Notes: a model not told the origin generated them from the sequence alone. 56,236 nucleotides of DNA from Chloroflexota bacterium (GCA_027317125.1 DAHVFG010000004.1:1-56236), one strand, 5' to 3'. Positions 1 through 10,722 are shown, counted from the first letter of the stretch. Translations and numbers: made by a program.

Positions 1-3000
1 GCTCTGGCTATTCTGTTGCCCACTGCCTGGGGCGGTCGTAAGCGGAGTAATCATGGGACTGCTGGACCCTGTCTGACCAGGCGTTGCGGGAGGAGCAGGC
101 ATAGTCCCGGCGTTCTGTGGCTGGCTCGGTGTTGTCGTCTGGCTTGTGGGTCCCGGCGTAGCCGTAGCTGTAGTTGTGCCCATAGTTGTGCTCATAGCCA
201 TCGCGGGCCGGAGGAAGTAGAGGGAGGCTGCGCCCACCAGCAGCGCGACCAGCCCGATGGTGACCAGATAGCTGATGTCCGCGAGCCTGCGGCGCAGCGG
301 CGGGTGGAGGATCTCCTGCGCGCTCTTGGGCTGCGTGAAGCTTCGCAAGCGCAAGCTGTTCGTCACCACGCTCACCGAGGACATCGCCATAGCTGCTGCT
401 GCCATGATAGGGCTGAGCAGAAGCCCAAAGAAGGGGTAGAGTATACCCGCAGCGACCGGTATCAGCACTATATTGTAGAAGAAAGCCCAGAAGAGGTTCT
501 GCCGTATGTTGCTTATCGTGCGTCGAGAGAGGGCAATGGCGGTCACCACGCCTCGCACATCTCCGCCCACCAGCGTGATGTCCGACGCTTCCATTGCCAC
601 GTCGGCTCCCGTGCCTATAGCGATGCCAAGATCGGCCTGTACGAGGGCAGGCGCGTCGTTAATGCCGTCCCCGACCATCGCCACTACCTTGCCTCGCGAT
701 TGCAGTTCCTTGACCTTTTCTGCCTTCTGATGGGGGAGCACCTCCGCCATGATGTTGGTGATCCCGACCTGGGCAGCTACGGCGCGAGCCGTGGCCTCGT
801 TGTCGCCGGTGAGCATCCATACCTCAAGCCCCAGCGCCTGCAACTCCCGCACCGCTTCTGCGCTCTCCGGCTTTAGTGTGTCGGCCACCATCAAGAGGCC
901 CGCAGGCTTGCCGTCAACCGCCACATACATAGGCGTCTTGCCGGAGGTGGCGTACGCGGCTGCCTTGTCACCGAGGCCATTTAGACTTATGCCATGCTGG
1001 GAGAGGAGAAGGCTGTTACCCACCAGTAGATTATGGCTCTCCACGGTAGCAGTAATGCCATGGCCCGCTACAGCCTGAAAGCCGGTAGCAGCCGAGAGGT
1101 TGAGCCGGGCCTCTGCGGCCTTGTTCACAATTGCCTCACCGAGCGGGTGCTCTGAGCCTTGCTCAGCACTTGCCACCCACCGGAGCAGGTCATGCCCGTC
1201 AAAGTCCGGGGCCACCAGCATGTCGGTAACAGCGGGTTTGCCGCGCGTCAGGGTGCCGGTCTTGTCCAGCACGATGGCGTTCACCTTGTAGGCCCCTTCA
1301 AGGGCCTCTCCACCTCTGATCAGAACGCCATACTCCGCGCCTTTGCCCGTGCCCACCATGATAGCTGTGGGCGTGGCAAGGCCGAGAGCGCAAGGGCATG
1401 CAATGATGAGCACCGAAATCATTGTAATAAAAGCAAAGGTAAAGCGTGGCTCCGGGCCGAAGAAGTACCAGGTGGCAAAGCTGAGGGCTGCCAGAGTGAG
1501 CACGACGGGAACGAAGTAGGAGGCAATCTGATCAGCTAATCGCTGAATAGGAGCCTTCGAGCCTTGCGCGTCCTCCACCAGCTTCACTATTTGAGCAAGA
1601 GCAGTGTCACGCCCCACTCGGGTGGCACGCATCAGGAAAGAGCCTGTTTTGTTGAGAGTAGCGCCTATAGCCTGGCTGCCGGCCTCCTTCTCAATGGGCA
1701 GGCTCTCGCCTGTCAACATCGACTCATCAACTACCGAGCTTCCTTCAATAATCACGCCGTCAACGGGGACCTTATCGCCGGGGCGCACTCGCACCACGTC
1801 CCCTACCTCCACGAGTTCTACAGGCAGGTCGATCTCCTGGTTGTCGCGTATCACACGGGCAGTGCGGGGGGCCAGGCCCATTAATTTCTTGATCGCCTCG
1901 CTCGTTTGACCACGAGCCTGCGCTTCAAGGTACCGGCCCATGAGGATGAGGCCGATAATTATAGTGGACGTGTCATAATAGACATCGGGAGGCAGGCTTA
2001 GAGACCGCACAAGATCGGGAAAGAAGGTGACAAAGACGCTGTACAGGTAAGCCGCGGACGTCCCCACCGCAATGAGGGTGTTCATGTTGGTAGAGAGGTG
2101 GCGAGCGGCCATCCAGGCGCCCTTGTAGAACTGCTTGCCTGCCCAGAATTGTATCGGAGTTGCAAGCAAGAACATCAGGAGGAAGCGCGTATCAATGTTC
2201 GGAAGCCACTGTAGAGGCACAAGGGTGCGGAGTGCGGGCCACTGGAGCGGCACCAACATCCCTGCCATTATTAGCAACCCTGCGATGATGCTGACGATAA
2301 ACTTGCGCCGCACAGTCACTAGCTCTAGTCTTCGGCGCTCTGCATCTTCGTCTACAGGGCCTTGCGTCTGCGCTTCTATCTGTGATGCGCCTGGTATCTG
2401 TGTGGAAGCTGCGGATTGAGAGGAGGAGGGCATCTTCCGTCCTGAAGCGGATCCGTCGGGCAGCAACTTTGTGCTGCTCTCGGTGCCTGGCAGCAGCACG
2501 CTATCCCAGGCGGGTGCCGTCGAGGTAGTGGCAGGGGTAGACACCTGCGGCATAGTAGTAGAAGGTACCGCTATTGCGACAGGAGCTGGGGTTACACCAG
2601 AGCCCGTTGAAGGCAAACTGGCCCCTGCTCCACCAGGTGCCGGAGGAGGCGTAGCGCTGTTGGGCGCAGCATTGGGCGCAGCCCAGGCCTTTCTTTGCTC
2701 CTGTATAACAGGTGTAGGGCCACTCGCGGCGACGCCTGGTTTAGGAGGCGATACTATCTCGCCCTCACCTCTCACCGCGTAGCCTGCTTTCTTCACAGCC
2801 TGTCGTAGCTCGGCAAGGCCGACCGAAGATGGATCGAAGCGCACTGTGGCCTTCTCTGTGGCAAGATTCACCAGGGCGCTTTCTACACCCGGCACCTTAT
2901 CCAGAGATTTCTCGATCCGCCTCACGCAGGAGGCGCAGGTCATACCCTCTATGGGCAGAACCGCCTCAGCGGGCGAGGCACCGCTTAATTGCTCAATAGC

Positions 3001-3003
3001 CAT
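1..3003 (-). CDS. copA: Cu(I)-translocating P1B-type ATPase, 3'-truncated by the window edge
   Basis: Not in the ORF track because it runs off the window. Manual translation from ATG at 3003 gives [50 protein letters not shown] and MAMSS, with no stop before base 1. Confidence 0.96.
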   Translation of the reverse strand, partial: MAIEQLSGASPAEAVLPIEGMTCASCVRRIEKSLDKVPGVESALVNLATEKATVRFDPSSVGLAELRQAVKKAGYAVRGEGEIVSPPKPGVAASGPTPVIQEQRKAWAAPNAAPNSATPPPAPGGAGASLPSTGSGVTPAPVAIAVPSTTMPQVSTPATTSTAPAWDSVLLPGTESSTKLLPDGSASGRKMPSSSQSAASTQIPGASQIEAQTQGPVDEDAERRRLELVTVRRKFIVSIIAGLLIMAGMLVPLQWPALRTLVPLQWLPNIDTRFLLMFLLATPIQFWAGKQFYKGAWMAARHLSTNMNTLIAVGTSAAYLYSVFVTFFPDLVRSLSLPPDVYYDTSTIIIGLILMGRYLEAQARGQTSEAIKKLMGLAPRTARVIRDNQEIDLPVELVEVGDVVRVRPGDKVPVDGVIIEGSSVVDESMLTGESLPIEKEAGSQAIGATLNKTGSFLMRATRVGRDTALAQIVKLVEDAQGSKAPIQRLADQIASYFVPVVLTLAALSFATWYFFGPEPRFTFAFITMISVLIIACPCALGLATPTAIMVGTGKGAEYGVLIRGGEALEGAYKVNAIVLDKTGTLTRGKPAVTDMLVAPDFDGHDLLRWVASAEQGSEHPLGEAIVNKAAEARLNLSAATGFQAVAGHGITATVESHNLLVGNSLLLSQHGISLNGLGDKAAAYATSGKTPMYVAVDGKPAGLLMVADTLKPESAEAVRELQALGLEVWMLTGDNEATARAVAAQVGITNIMAEVLPHQKAEKVKELQSRGKVVAMVGDGINDAPALVQADLGIAIGTGADVAMEASDITLVGGDVRGVVTAIALSRRTISNIRQNLFWAFFYNIVLIPVAAGILYPFFGLLLSPIMAAAAMAMSSVSVVTNSLRLRSFTQPKSAQEILHPPLRRRLADISYLVTIGLVALLVGAASLYFLRPAMAMSTTMGTTTATATPGPTSQTTTPSQPQNAGTMPAPPATPGQTGSSSPMITPLTTAPGSGQQNSQS

Positions 3004-3098
3004 CTAAATTAATCTCCCCAAGTGTGGAAAATCCACTTTTGCATACTATATTGGTAAAACTTTTTGCATACCATTTGTTAAATCTATAGTGTACATGT

Positions 3099-3368
3099 TC
3101 AACGCTGCGAAATCTGGAATAGCTCAGCGAGTTCGCCTATTACCTCGTTCTCTCGACCTTCCTTTATGCCATCGAGCACACAGGCCTGTAGATGGCCCTC
3201 CAGGAGAACCCCTTCGAACTTGTCAATAGCGCGCTGCACAGCATAAGTCTGCTTGAGAACGTCAACGCAGTACTGATCTTCTTCAACCATCCGGCGAATA
3301 GCCTTCAGGTGTCCTTCAATATAGGCCAGCCGCCTGAGCGCTTCCTGCTTGCTTGTCTCTGTTCTCAT
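3099..3368 (-). CDS. csoR: CsoR/RcnR family copper-sensing repressor
   Basis: RLAYIEGHL...YCVDVLKQ...HLQAC carries the Cys, His and Cys Cu(I) ligands; directly upstream of copA; RBS AGGAG. Confidence 0.93.
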   Translation of the reverse strand: MRTETSKQEALRRLAYIEGHLKAIRRMVEEDQYCVDVLKQTYAVQRAIDKFEGVLLEGHLQACVLDGIKEGRENEVIGELAELFQISQR

Positions 3369-3384
3369 TGTTTACTCCTACCCT

Positions 3385-3439
3385 ACCCCCCTGGTGGGGG
3401 TTCTGTGATAATGATACCAGAGTAAAGGGCGGTTGTCAA
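3385..3439 (-). promoter_or_regulatory. sigma70 promoter of csoR-copA with CsoR-type operator
   Basis: Minus-strand TTGACA (3439-3434), 17 bp, TATCAT (3416-3411). C/G-tract palindrome ACCCCC-CTGGT-GGGGGT at 3385-3401, typical of CsoR operators. Confidence 0.85.
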
Positions 3440-3643
3440 TAGGTCCAGAGGTGTATAAGCGACCGCATTTGAAGTGGGGACGGCGTTTCCTCATCACTAC
3501 CCTGACGTGAATAGTGGGAGTTTACATCTTGCTCTCAATTCGGCTGCGTTTGCACCCAGGGTTGCCAGACGGAGGCTGGCCCAGGAATTGCACAAATGGC
3601 TGAATAGCCGCTGTGAAATTGGTGTTCAGTATGGAGGGGTCCG

Positions 3644-5053
3644 ATGCTCAAGCAAGTCGCTCTGGGAGTTGCTCTGTTAGGCAGTGCCGTTACCCTTGCT
3701 CGCAGGCTGAAGCGCGCCAAACCGGTGCCCGCGCTTCAGCCGCACACGAGCGAGACCGAGGCAGCCTACCGTAAAGCTAGCCACCGCATTTTGATCCTGG
3801 GCGCTGGCTTTGGGGGGCTCAATACTGCCCTTGAGTTGGACCGCCAGCTGCACGGGGAGGTTGGCACAAGCATCCTGCTGGCAGACCGTAACAACGACCT
3901 GCTCTTTGCCCCGCTGCTCTGGATCGTGGCTAACGGCAGGGCGAATCCGAGCGATGTGATGGTTCCTGTGCGCGCCTTTCAGCGCGGGCGCAGATTTCAT
4001 GTACTGTACGCCGGTGTGACCGCTATAGAGCTGGAAGATCACCTGGTAACAACTACTGCTGGTTCACGTCCCTACGATTACCTGGTGATCTCACTGGGCA
4101 GTAGAACCGCCGTCCCTGACCTTCCCGGCCTGCGCGAGCACGCTCTCCTCTTTCATAGTCCCGCTGATGCTTTGCAGCTACGCAACCACCTTATAGAGGC
4201 TATAGAAAACGCGCATCAAGCTACGGACCCGGCAGAGAGGGAAGCCTGGCTGACATTCGTGGTGGGAGGAGGGGGTGATACTGGCGTGGAGTTAGCGGCC
4301 ACGATATACTCATACCTGGTGGGAGGTATGTTCGCGCGTTACCCCTGGCTGGCTGGTGCCCCTATTCGGGTTGTAGTGGTGGGCCATGCCTCTCGACTCG
4401 TACCGATGGGTACACTGAAAGCCTCCGATGCTGTAAGGCGAACACTTGAGGCCGAGGATATTGAAGTCATGACGGGAGTAGCTGTGACGGGAGCAACGGA
4501 CCGTGCAGTCCTGACCGAGAAGGGCGAGATCCCGTGCCGTACCCTCTTCTGGGCTGCGGGCATCACAGCGCCGGACATTGTACGCTCCGTGCCAGGCAGC
4601 CATGCTCAGAACGGCGCACTAATCGTGGATGACCACCTCCGCTTGCCCGACCACCCGGAAGTCTATGTTGTAGGTGACGTAGCCTGGGCATTCGATGCAG
4701 CCACTCACCAGCCGATACCACCCACAGCGCAGGCCGCCGAACACGAGGCCGCCTATGTAGGGAAGGCCATCGCAGCCGCAATACGGGGAGAGCAGTCGCC
4801 GCCCTTTCACTTCAAGCCCCTCGGCCATCTGGCGCTGCTGGGCAACTACACAGGTGTGGCCGAGGTCGGGCCGTTCACATTCACAGGCCCCCTGGCATGG
4901 ATCATGTGGCACGGTTACTATTTATGGCATGTCCCCTCCTGGCGTAACCGTGTGCATCTCTTAGCCGACTGGCTGCTATCGTGGCTCACCGGCCCCGACA
5001 CCACCAAGCTGCCTCTGAACACAGCCTATCCGCTACCTCTACCGGCGAGATGA
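3644..5053 (+). CDS. ndh: Type II NADH dehydrogenase-like FAD-dependent oxidoreductase with N-terminal hydrophobic segment
   Basis: GAGFGG FAD motif, VGGGGDTGVELA second Rossmann motif, VYVVGD, PPTAQAA, and a W..W..YYLW...NR..DW C-terminus. Confidence 0.8.
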   Translation: MLKQVALGVALLGSAVTLARRLKRAKPVPALQPHTSETEAAYRKASHRILILGAGFGGLNTALELDRQLHGEVGTSILLADRNNDLLFAPLLWIVANGRANPSDVMVPVRAFQRGRRFHVLYAGVTAIELEDHLVTTTAGSRPYDYLVISLGSRTAVPDLPGLREHALLFHSPADALQLRNHLIEAIENAHQATDPAEREAWLTFVVGGGGDTGVELAATIYSYLVGGMFARYPWLAGAPIRVVVVGHASRLVPMGTLKASDAVRRTLEAEDIEVMTGVAVTGATDRAVLTEKGEIPCRTLFWAAGITAPDIVRSVPGSHAQNGALIVDDHLRLPDHPEVYVVGDVAWAFDAATHQPIPPTAQAAEHEAAYVGKAIAAAIRGEQSPPFHFKPLGHLALLGNYTGVAEVGPFTFTGPLAWIMWHGYYLWHVPSWRNRVHLLADWLLSWLTGPDTTKLPLNTAYPLPLPAR

Positions 5054-5109
5054 TGAATAACCTAACTTTGATCAACCCTGTAACACAAACCCGAAAGGAT
5101 GACCCGCTC

Positions 5110-5532
5110 ATGTCAAACAACACGCCTGACAACTGGAATCAGAGTATCATCGAGGAGTTCCGCGCCAATAGCGGCAAGGTGGGAGGGCCGTTTGCAGGCA
5201 ATCGCCTGCTCCTGCTGACCACCACAGGTGCCCGGACAGGCCGCCGGCTCACCAGCCCCCTCATGTATAACACAGATGGAGACCGCCTGGTCGTCTTTGG
5301 CTCTAAAGGCGGTGCACCCACCCACCCCGCCTGGTACTACAATCTCCTCGCCAACCCCCAGGTAACGGTCGAGCTAGGAAACGAGACTTTCAAGGCAAAT
5401 GCTAAGCCCCTCACAGGCGAGGAGAGAGACCGCCTCTATCGCAAGCAAGCCGAGGAGGTCCCACAGTTCGCCACCTACCAGGAGAATACCAGCCGCAAAA
5501 TCCCGGTCATCGCCATCGAGCGCATAGACTGA
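5110..5532 (+). CDS. F420-dependent nitroreductase family (FDOR-A/Ddn-like) oxidoreductase
   Basis: IIEEFRAN.GKVGGPF, LLLTTTGARTG, SKGGAPTHPAWYYNL, YQENTSRKIPV; start moved to ATG 5110 after AAAGGA. Confidence 0.9.
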   Translation: MSNNTPDNWNQSIIEEFRANSGKVGGPFAGNRLLLLTTTGARTGRRLTSPLMYNTDGDRLVVFGSKGGAPTHPAWYYNLLANPQVTVELGNETFKANAKPLTGEERDRLYRKQAEEVPQFATYQENTSRKIPVIAIERID

Positions 5533-5538
5533 GGTGTA

Positions 5539-5690
5539 GTAAACGCTCAGACTTGGCTTGCAAGTGCTTGCCCCTGCCCTCACCCCATGCCCCTCTCCCT
5601 GCATGGGAGAGGGGCATGGGGTGAGGGTACGTAAGGGTAGGTGAGGGCTGCCCCTTGACGATTGCTCCACCCCTTACTCTGAACAGTTAT
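5539..5690. mobile_element. Short copy of MITE/REP-like repeat family
   Basis: Degenerate left end GTAAACGCTCAGAC, CCCTCACCCCATGCCCCTCTCCC...GGGAGAGGGGCATGGGGTGAGGG hairpin, and right end CCCTTACTCTGAACAGTTA shared with 23200 and 42180. Confidence 0.75.
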
Positions 5691-5833
5691 CTCCACCATT
5701 CCTATTGTATCCAGCCTCGCATGGGTATATAATAGCGCTACGGTATCGCACTTGTATACTCCAGCAATGCCTTTTGCCATTGCCAACTTTTTCATCAGTC
5801 CAGGTTTCTTCAGGTTGCAAAGGAGAGAACGAC

Positions 5834-6316
5834 ATGCACAGCGATGCTACTTTGGAGAGCGCCCTGGGGGTGTTGCGCCAGCACTATGACAGCAAGCTTG
5901 CAGGCTCGCGTGAGCGTACTGAAGCACAGATGCGCCATACGTTGAGGGAGCAGCTCGGCCTGGACGAAACATCCGCGGCCCAACTACTCCGCCAACTATG
6001 TGACACGGGCCGTTTGCAGTATGTTGTGGGTACCGGCCAGACTGTTGAGAAGGACGCATCCAGCACGACAGGCCCCGTGATCAGTATGCCGGGTACTCAG
6101 AGCGGCGGCGGTGGGGGAGAGTTGATCACAACCGCCTCACCCGCTATGATATTGGGCGCTGTGGATTACGAAGGTGGTGATGTGAACCGCGGCCTCGAAG
6201 ATGCGTCCCTGCCGGCGACGACCGGCGAGTATGAAGGCGACAACAACAGCGAGGCTGAAAATAAGGACGGGCGCATAGCAGCCCAGGCCGCCGCCGGCTA
6301 TTGGCGTATAGGCTAG
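5834..6316 (+). CDS. Hypothetical protein (helical N-terminus, low-complexity insert, C-terminal GYWRIG)
   Basis: Strong RBS AAAGGAG before ATG 5834; TATAAT near 5728. Confidence 0.6.
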   Translation: MHSDATLESALGVLRQHYDSKLAGSRERTEAQMRHTLREQLGLDETSAAQLLRQLCDTGRLQYVVGTGQTVEKDASSTTGPVISMPGTQSGGGGGELITTASPAMILGAVDYEGGDVNRGLEDASLPATTGEYEGDNNSEAENKDGRIAAQAAAGYWRIG

Positions 6317-6559
6317 GTAGGTTGCGCCATGATGCGCTATGCTCTCGGAAGCACCCATAAGCGGGCACGAAGCTTGTTGTGTTGCTCCTAAACTTTCTAC
6401 CAGGCGGCCCGATCGGGCGGGGTCGCAGCCCGCGAGAGGGGGGATGTGCAGGCAGCCAGTTACTTACTCACATGAAATAGTTGTCTTTGTAGAGAGGAGC
6501 GCAGGCCCCAAGTGGTGTGGCCTGTAGCTAAAGGTAAGGCACTTAGGAGGAAAATCACC

Positions 6560-8026
6560 ATGAGGAAGTTGTTCAGATCAACAGTTCCCTTGGCTCTGCT
6601 TATCACCGGCTCGATGGTGCTCAGCGCCTGTGGCACCGCAAACCCGACCGCCACAGCGCCGGCGGGGGCCACAGATACTACCGGGGCGGGAGCCGCCCCG
6701 ACAGACACTACAGTTATGGTAGGGGCTACGGATACCACAGTTATGGTAGCGCCTACAGATACCGCAGCTATGACAGGCGGAGCGACCGCAACAATGGGCA
6801 GCAGTAGCTCCAAGTTTGACCCCACCGCTTACAAAAAGAACGCAGTAGAAACGGGCGCAACTCTGCGCGTGTCGACCTGGGGAGACACTTCCGAGCAGAA
6901 GATAAACCAGGACGCCATAGCCCGCTTCAATCAGGTATATCCTGACGTCAAGATCACCTACGAACCGCAGCCGTCTGACTACCAGACCAAGCTCCTAGCC
7001 CAGATCTCCGGCAACTCGGAGCCTGATGTCTTCTATGTAGACCCCGGCCTCGCCTACCAGCTCATTCCCAACAATATATTACTCGACTTGACCCCTGCCT
7101 TGCAGGAGGTTGGGCGCAGCAAGGCCGACTATTTCCCCAACCTGATGGGCCCCTTCACTGGCTCTGACGGCAAGGTCTATGGCCTGCCGAAGGACTTCGG
7201 CTCGCTGGCCTTCTTCTACAACACCGATATGGTCAAGACCCCCCCGTCGGCAACCTGGACGCAGGACGACATGACCAACTTTGTCAAGAGCAATGTCTCC
7301 GGCAGCGGCCAGACGAAAACTTACGGTTTCTCTGCCGACCCCGACCCTGAGCGCTGGATGGCTTTTGCTCTGGCAAACGGCGCCAAGATCATTGACAACA
7401 ACAAGTGCGCGATCAACAGCGACGCAGGCGTTTCGACGTTGGATTGGTGGTATGGCTTATATACCTCCGGCAACGCCACTCAGCCCTCTGATGTAGGAGC
7501 CGGTTGGTCGGGCGAAGCCTTCGCCAAGAAGCGCATCGCCTCAACCGCGCAGGGCGGCTGGCTGATTCCTTTCCTGGATGATCCAAAGGCGGCCTTCGGA
7601 GTGAAGTACGATGCAGTGCCTCTGCCTACCGGCAAAGCGGGCAAGGCCGACCTCCTCTTCTTCAACGCCTGGGGCGCCTCGGCCCGCAGCAAATACCCCA
7701 AGGCAGCGGCGGCGCTGGCCCTCTTCCTCGCCAGCCGAGAGAACGAGGGTGCGATCTTGCAGACCGGTTTCGCCCTCCCCGCGCTCCAGGGCTTCGACAA
7801 CGATCCCTACTTCCAGGGGAGTGGAGTTGAAAACAAGATCTCCTCAATACTCTACCAGACCGGCAGCTACGGCACACCCGACTACTATGGCGGCGTCAAC
7901 GATCCCAAGATCAAGAAGTCGCTCAAAGACGCTACCGACCGTGTATATGCCAAGCAACAATCGTCCAAGGACGCCCTCAACCAGGCTTGCCAGGAGATAG
8001 ACCCGTTGCTCGCTGCAGGCAGATAG
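6560..8026 (+). CDS. Carbohydrate ABC transporter substrate-binding lipoprotein
   Basis: RBS AGGAGG; lipobox LSAC; Thr-rich linker with TDTTVMV repeats; family-1 SBP motifs PDVFYVD and YGLPKDF. Confidence 0.92.
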   Translation: MRKLFRSTVPLALLITGSMVLSACGTANPTATAPAGATDTTGAGAAPTDTTVMVGATDTTVMVAPTDTAAMTGGATATMGSSSSKFDPTAYKKNAVETGATLRVSTWGDTSEQKINQDAIARFNQVYPDVKITYEPQPSDYQTKLLAQISGNSEPDVFYVDPGLAYQLIPNNILLDLTPALQEVGRSKADYFPNLMGPFTGSDGKVYGLPKDFGSLAFFYNTDMVKTPPSATWTQDDMTNFVKSNVSGSGQTKTYGFSADPDPERWMAFALANGAKIIDNNKCAINSDAGVSTLDWWYGLYTSGNATQPSDVGAGWSGEAFAKKRIASTAQGGWLIPFLDDPKAAFGVKYDAVPLPTGKAGKADLLFFNAWGASARSKYPKAAAALALFLASRENEGAILQTGFALPALQGFDNDPYFQGSGVENKISSILYQTGSYGTPDYYGGVNDPKIKKSLKDATDRVYAKQQSSKDALNQACQEIDPLLAAGR

Positions 8027-8040
8027 ACTCCACTAACTAC

Positions 8041-8065
8041 AAAGGCGGGAAGTAATCCCGCCTTT
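8041..8065 (+). terminator. Stem-loop after the SBP gene
   Basis: AAAGGCGGGA-AGTAA-TCCCGCCTTT, a perfect 10-bp stem. Confidence 0.65.
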
Positions 8066-8071
8066 GGCGGC

Positions 8072-8150
8072 GTTATGAATTATGAATTAGCAGTTGCTTG
8101 CTACTATCTCGATTGTAGCCTGCGCCTAATTCATAATTCATAACTTATAA
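8072..8150. repeat. Inverted heptamer (TTATGAA/TTCATAA) tandem repeat
   Basis: 19-bp perfect inverted repeat GTTATGAATTATGAATTAG (8072-8090) / CTAATTCATAATTCATAAC (8126-8144). Confidence 0.85.
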
Positions 8151-8168
8151 TTCGCAGAGGGGGGTGTT

Positions 8169-9104
8169 ATGGCTACACAGGTCCAAAGTGCACGTGGGCC
8201 GAAGATGTCGAGGCTGAACCGTAAGACCGCTGAGGCTCTAACGGGCTATCTCTTCGTCTTCCCCTGGATCATTTCTGCCCTCGTCTTTACCTTCGGGGCC
8301 ATGATTTATGTTTTCTACCTGAGCTTCACGAACCTGCAACTGCTCAACACGCCGCAACTGACAGGCTTCAACAACTACACCAGGATCCTTAGCGACCCGC
8401 TCTTCCGAAGGGCGGTCTTCAACACTCTGCTCTATGCAGTCGTGGTGACATTCTCTCAGACCTGGTTTGCGCTCATTCTGGCCGTCGCCCTCAATGCCAA
8501 GCTGCGTGCGAAACAGTTCTTCCGCACCGCCTGGTACATCCCAAGCGTCACCTCCTCGGTGGTGATTTCGCTGATCTTCGTCTGGGTATTCCAGAAAGAG
8601 GGTATCCTGAACTTCGCCCTCGCCACATTGTTCGGTTGGACAGGCTTCCAGCCCGTAGCATGGCTCACGGACGCGAGCGCCCGCACAGCTTTGCCGGCGA
8701 TCATGCTCCTGAATATCCTGACCACCGCGCCTACTTTTATGCTCTACTTCCTGGCCGGTTTGCAAGACATCCCGGAAGAGGTTTACGAGGCGGCGAGTCT
8801 TGACGGCTCCGTTGGCGCCCATCGCTTCTTCCGCATAACGGTGCCCATGATGCGCCCGATTATCTTCCTGGTGGTAGTGCTGGGCACAATCGGCACGCTA
8901 CAGGTCTTCGATCAAGTATACATCATGACCAGCGGTGGGCCGCTCAACCAGACAACAACAATCAATCTGCTGATTTATCAGTCAGCTTTCAGGGACTACA
9001 GTATGGCCTACGCCTCGGCGATGGCCGTTGTCCTCTTCGTAATGATCCTGGTGCTCTACCTCTTCCAGCAGCGGCTACTGGGCAGGAGCGATACAGGTCA
9101 ATAG
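8169..9104 (+). CDS. Sugar ABC transporter permease (MalF/UgpA-like)
   Basis: Six hydrophobic segments and EAA loop LQDIPEEVYEAASLDG. Confidence 0.93.
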   Translation: MATQVQSARGPKMSRLNRKTAEALTGYLFVFPWIISALVFTFGAMIYVFYLSFTNLQLLNTPQLTGFNNYTRILSDPLFRRAVFNTLLYAVVVTFSQTWFALILAVALNAKLRAKQFFRTAWYIPSVTSSVVISLIFVWVFQKEGILNFALATLFGWTGFQPVAWLTDASARTALPAIMLLNILTTAPTFMLYFLAGLQDIPEEVYEAASLDGSVGAHRFFRITVPMMRPIIFLVVVLGTIGTLQVFDQVYIMTSGGPLNQTTTINLLIYQSAFRDYSMAYASAMAVVLFVMILVLYLFQQRLLGRSDTGQ

Positions 9105-9134
9105 TGCACCCCACGTTTTCAGGGAGGTCAATTC

Positions 9135-10049
9135 ATGTCGACGACAACCACCACCCAGCGTGCGGAGGCTCTGGCTCCCGTCTCCGCAGTGCGGAAGGAA
9201 GAAAAAGAGCCGAGCTACTATGTCGTCCTGGTGATCCGTTATATCCTGCTGATCATCTTTACGATCATATTTCTTGGCCCTTTCATTATGGCGCTGCTCG
9301 GCTCCTTCAAGACGACACAGGAAGTGCTGGCCTGGCCGCCAACCTTCCTGCCCCAAAACTGGCGGTTTCAGAACTATGTGGACGTTTGGAACACTCAGAC
9401 GGGCGCGGGGGGAGGCTCTCCCTTCCCGCGCTGGATTCTGAACAGCGTGATACTGGCTACCTCGGTTACCGTGGCGCAACTCTTCTTCTGTTCGCTGGCC
9501 GGTTTCGCCTTCGCACGGCTGAGATTTCCGGCCAAAGGCTTTATCTTCGCCGCGATGCTCTCGACGCTGATGCTCCCAGGGATGGTGCTTCTGATCCCCC
9601 AGTACCAGATCCTCAACAGCCTGCACCTGATCAACACCTACGGGGCGATCATCGTCCCTAACCTGACCAGCGCGGGGATGATCTTCCTCCTCACGCAGTT
9701 CTTCCGGGGCGTCCCCAGAGAGCTTGACGAGGCCGCCCACATCGATGGCGCGAGCATCTTCACAACCTTCTGGCGAGTAATCCTGCCCCTCGCTAAACCG
9801 GCGCTTGCCACGATGGCTCTCCTTACTTTCCAGGGGATGTGGAACAACTTCCAGGCTCCCCTCGTATTTCTCAATGATCCAAACCTCTACCCGCTTACAG
9901 TCGGGCTGGGCTTCCTGAAAGGCCAGTACGGCACCTTCTACAACGTGGTGCTGGCAGGCTCGATGTTTAACACTTTGCCAATGGTGCTGCTGTTCATCTT
10001 CTTCTCGCGCTTCTATGTTCAAGGCGTGTCGTACAGTGGTATCAAATAA
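9135..10049 (+). CDS. Sugar ABC transporter permease (MalG/UgpE-like)
   Basis: EAA loop VPRELDEAAHIDGA; LPLAKPA. Confidence 0.93.
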   Translation: MSTTTTTQRAEALAPVSAVRKEEKEPSYYVVLVIRYILLIIFTIIFLGPFIMALLGSFKTTQEVLAWPPTFLPQNWRFQNYVDVWNTQTGAGGGSPFPRWILNSVILATSVTVAQLFFCSLAGFAFARLRFPAKGFIFAAMLSTLMLPGMVLLIPQYQILNSLHLINTYGAIIVPNLTSAGMIFLLTQFFRGVPRELDEAAHIDGASIFTTFWRVILPLAKPALATMALLTFQGMWNNFQAPLVFLNDPNLYPLTVGLGFLKGQYGTFYNVVLAGSMFNTLPMVLLFIFFSRFYVQGVSYSGIK

Positions 10050-10722
10050 AGCAGCAAGGCGCGGGCGCAGCCCCAGCGCGCTGCGCCTTGCCTTCACACG
10101 AGCCGTGCAGGACTGGTATTACGGCCTAATCCCTTTTGCTATAATGAACTTCTTCTGGATCGTGCTGACCGTCACGGTGGTCGCGGCCCCGCCTGCGACC
10201 GCCGCGATGCTTGGGGTGGCGCGAGATGCGGCGGCAGGCCAGGGAGGAGAGCCGAGGATGTTCTTCTTCTACCTGCGGCGTTTCTTCTGGCGGGCCTGGG
10301 CACTGGGCGGCCTAACATTTCTGGGCAGCGCGATCCTGTTGAGCGACCTCAACTTTTTCGCCAGCATGTTGAGCGCGGTGCCCTCCGCCTTCAATGTGGG
10401 CATCTTCTTCCTCCTCTACGTGCTGGTCGTCTGGCTCGAGTTTCTGCTCATCGCCTGGCCGTTGCTGGTTGACCAACCTGAGATGACGCTGCGTAACGTG
10501 CTGCGTAACGCAGCGATCCTCACGCTGCGCTCACCCGGGGCGAACCTGGGGCTGGTGGTGCTCGTGATCCTCATCTTCACGCTTTCACTCTTCCTCGCCG
10601 TTCTCCTCGCTCTCGCCTTTGCCGCCTTCGTCGCCTTGCTCGCGCAGCACTATCTCCATCTTCAGGCCGCGCTCCTCGCTAACTTCCCTCGGCTCCCCGG
10701 TGATGAGATTTCCCAGGACTAA
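10036..10722 (+). CDS. DUF624/YesL-like integral membrane protein
   Basis: Hydrophobic; PPATAAM motif; typical position after sugar permeases; GTG start overlaps the upstream stop. Confidence 0.7.
   Translation: MVSNKAARRGRSPSALRLAFTRAVQDWYYGLIPFAIMNFFWIVLTVTVVAAPPATAAMLGVARDAAAGQGGEPRMFFFYLRRFFWRAWALGGLTFLGSAILLSDLNFFASMLSAVPSAFNVGIFFLLYVLVVWLEFLLIAWPLLVDQPEMTLRNVLRNAAILTLRSPGANLGLVVLVILIFTLSLFLAVLLALAFAAFVALLAQHYLHLQAALLANFPRLPGDEISQD

Noticed and set aside
16-2782. Several long + strand ORFs (e.g. 16..876)
   Set aside because: Antisense shadows of copA, which has all P1B motifs on the minus strand.
6320-6545. Riboswitch upstream of the sugar ABC operon
   Set aside because: The region is GC-rich, but I could not match any known aptamer consensus by eye; an Rfam scan would be needed.
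9075-10097. 340-aa minus-strand ORF
   Set aside because: Antisense shadow of the permease gene.
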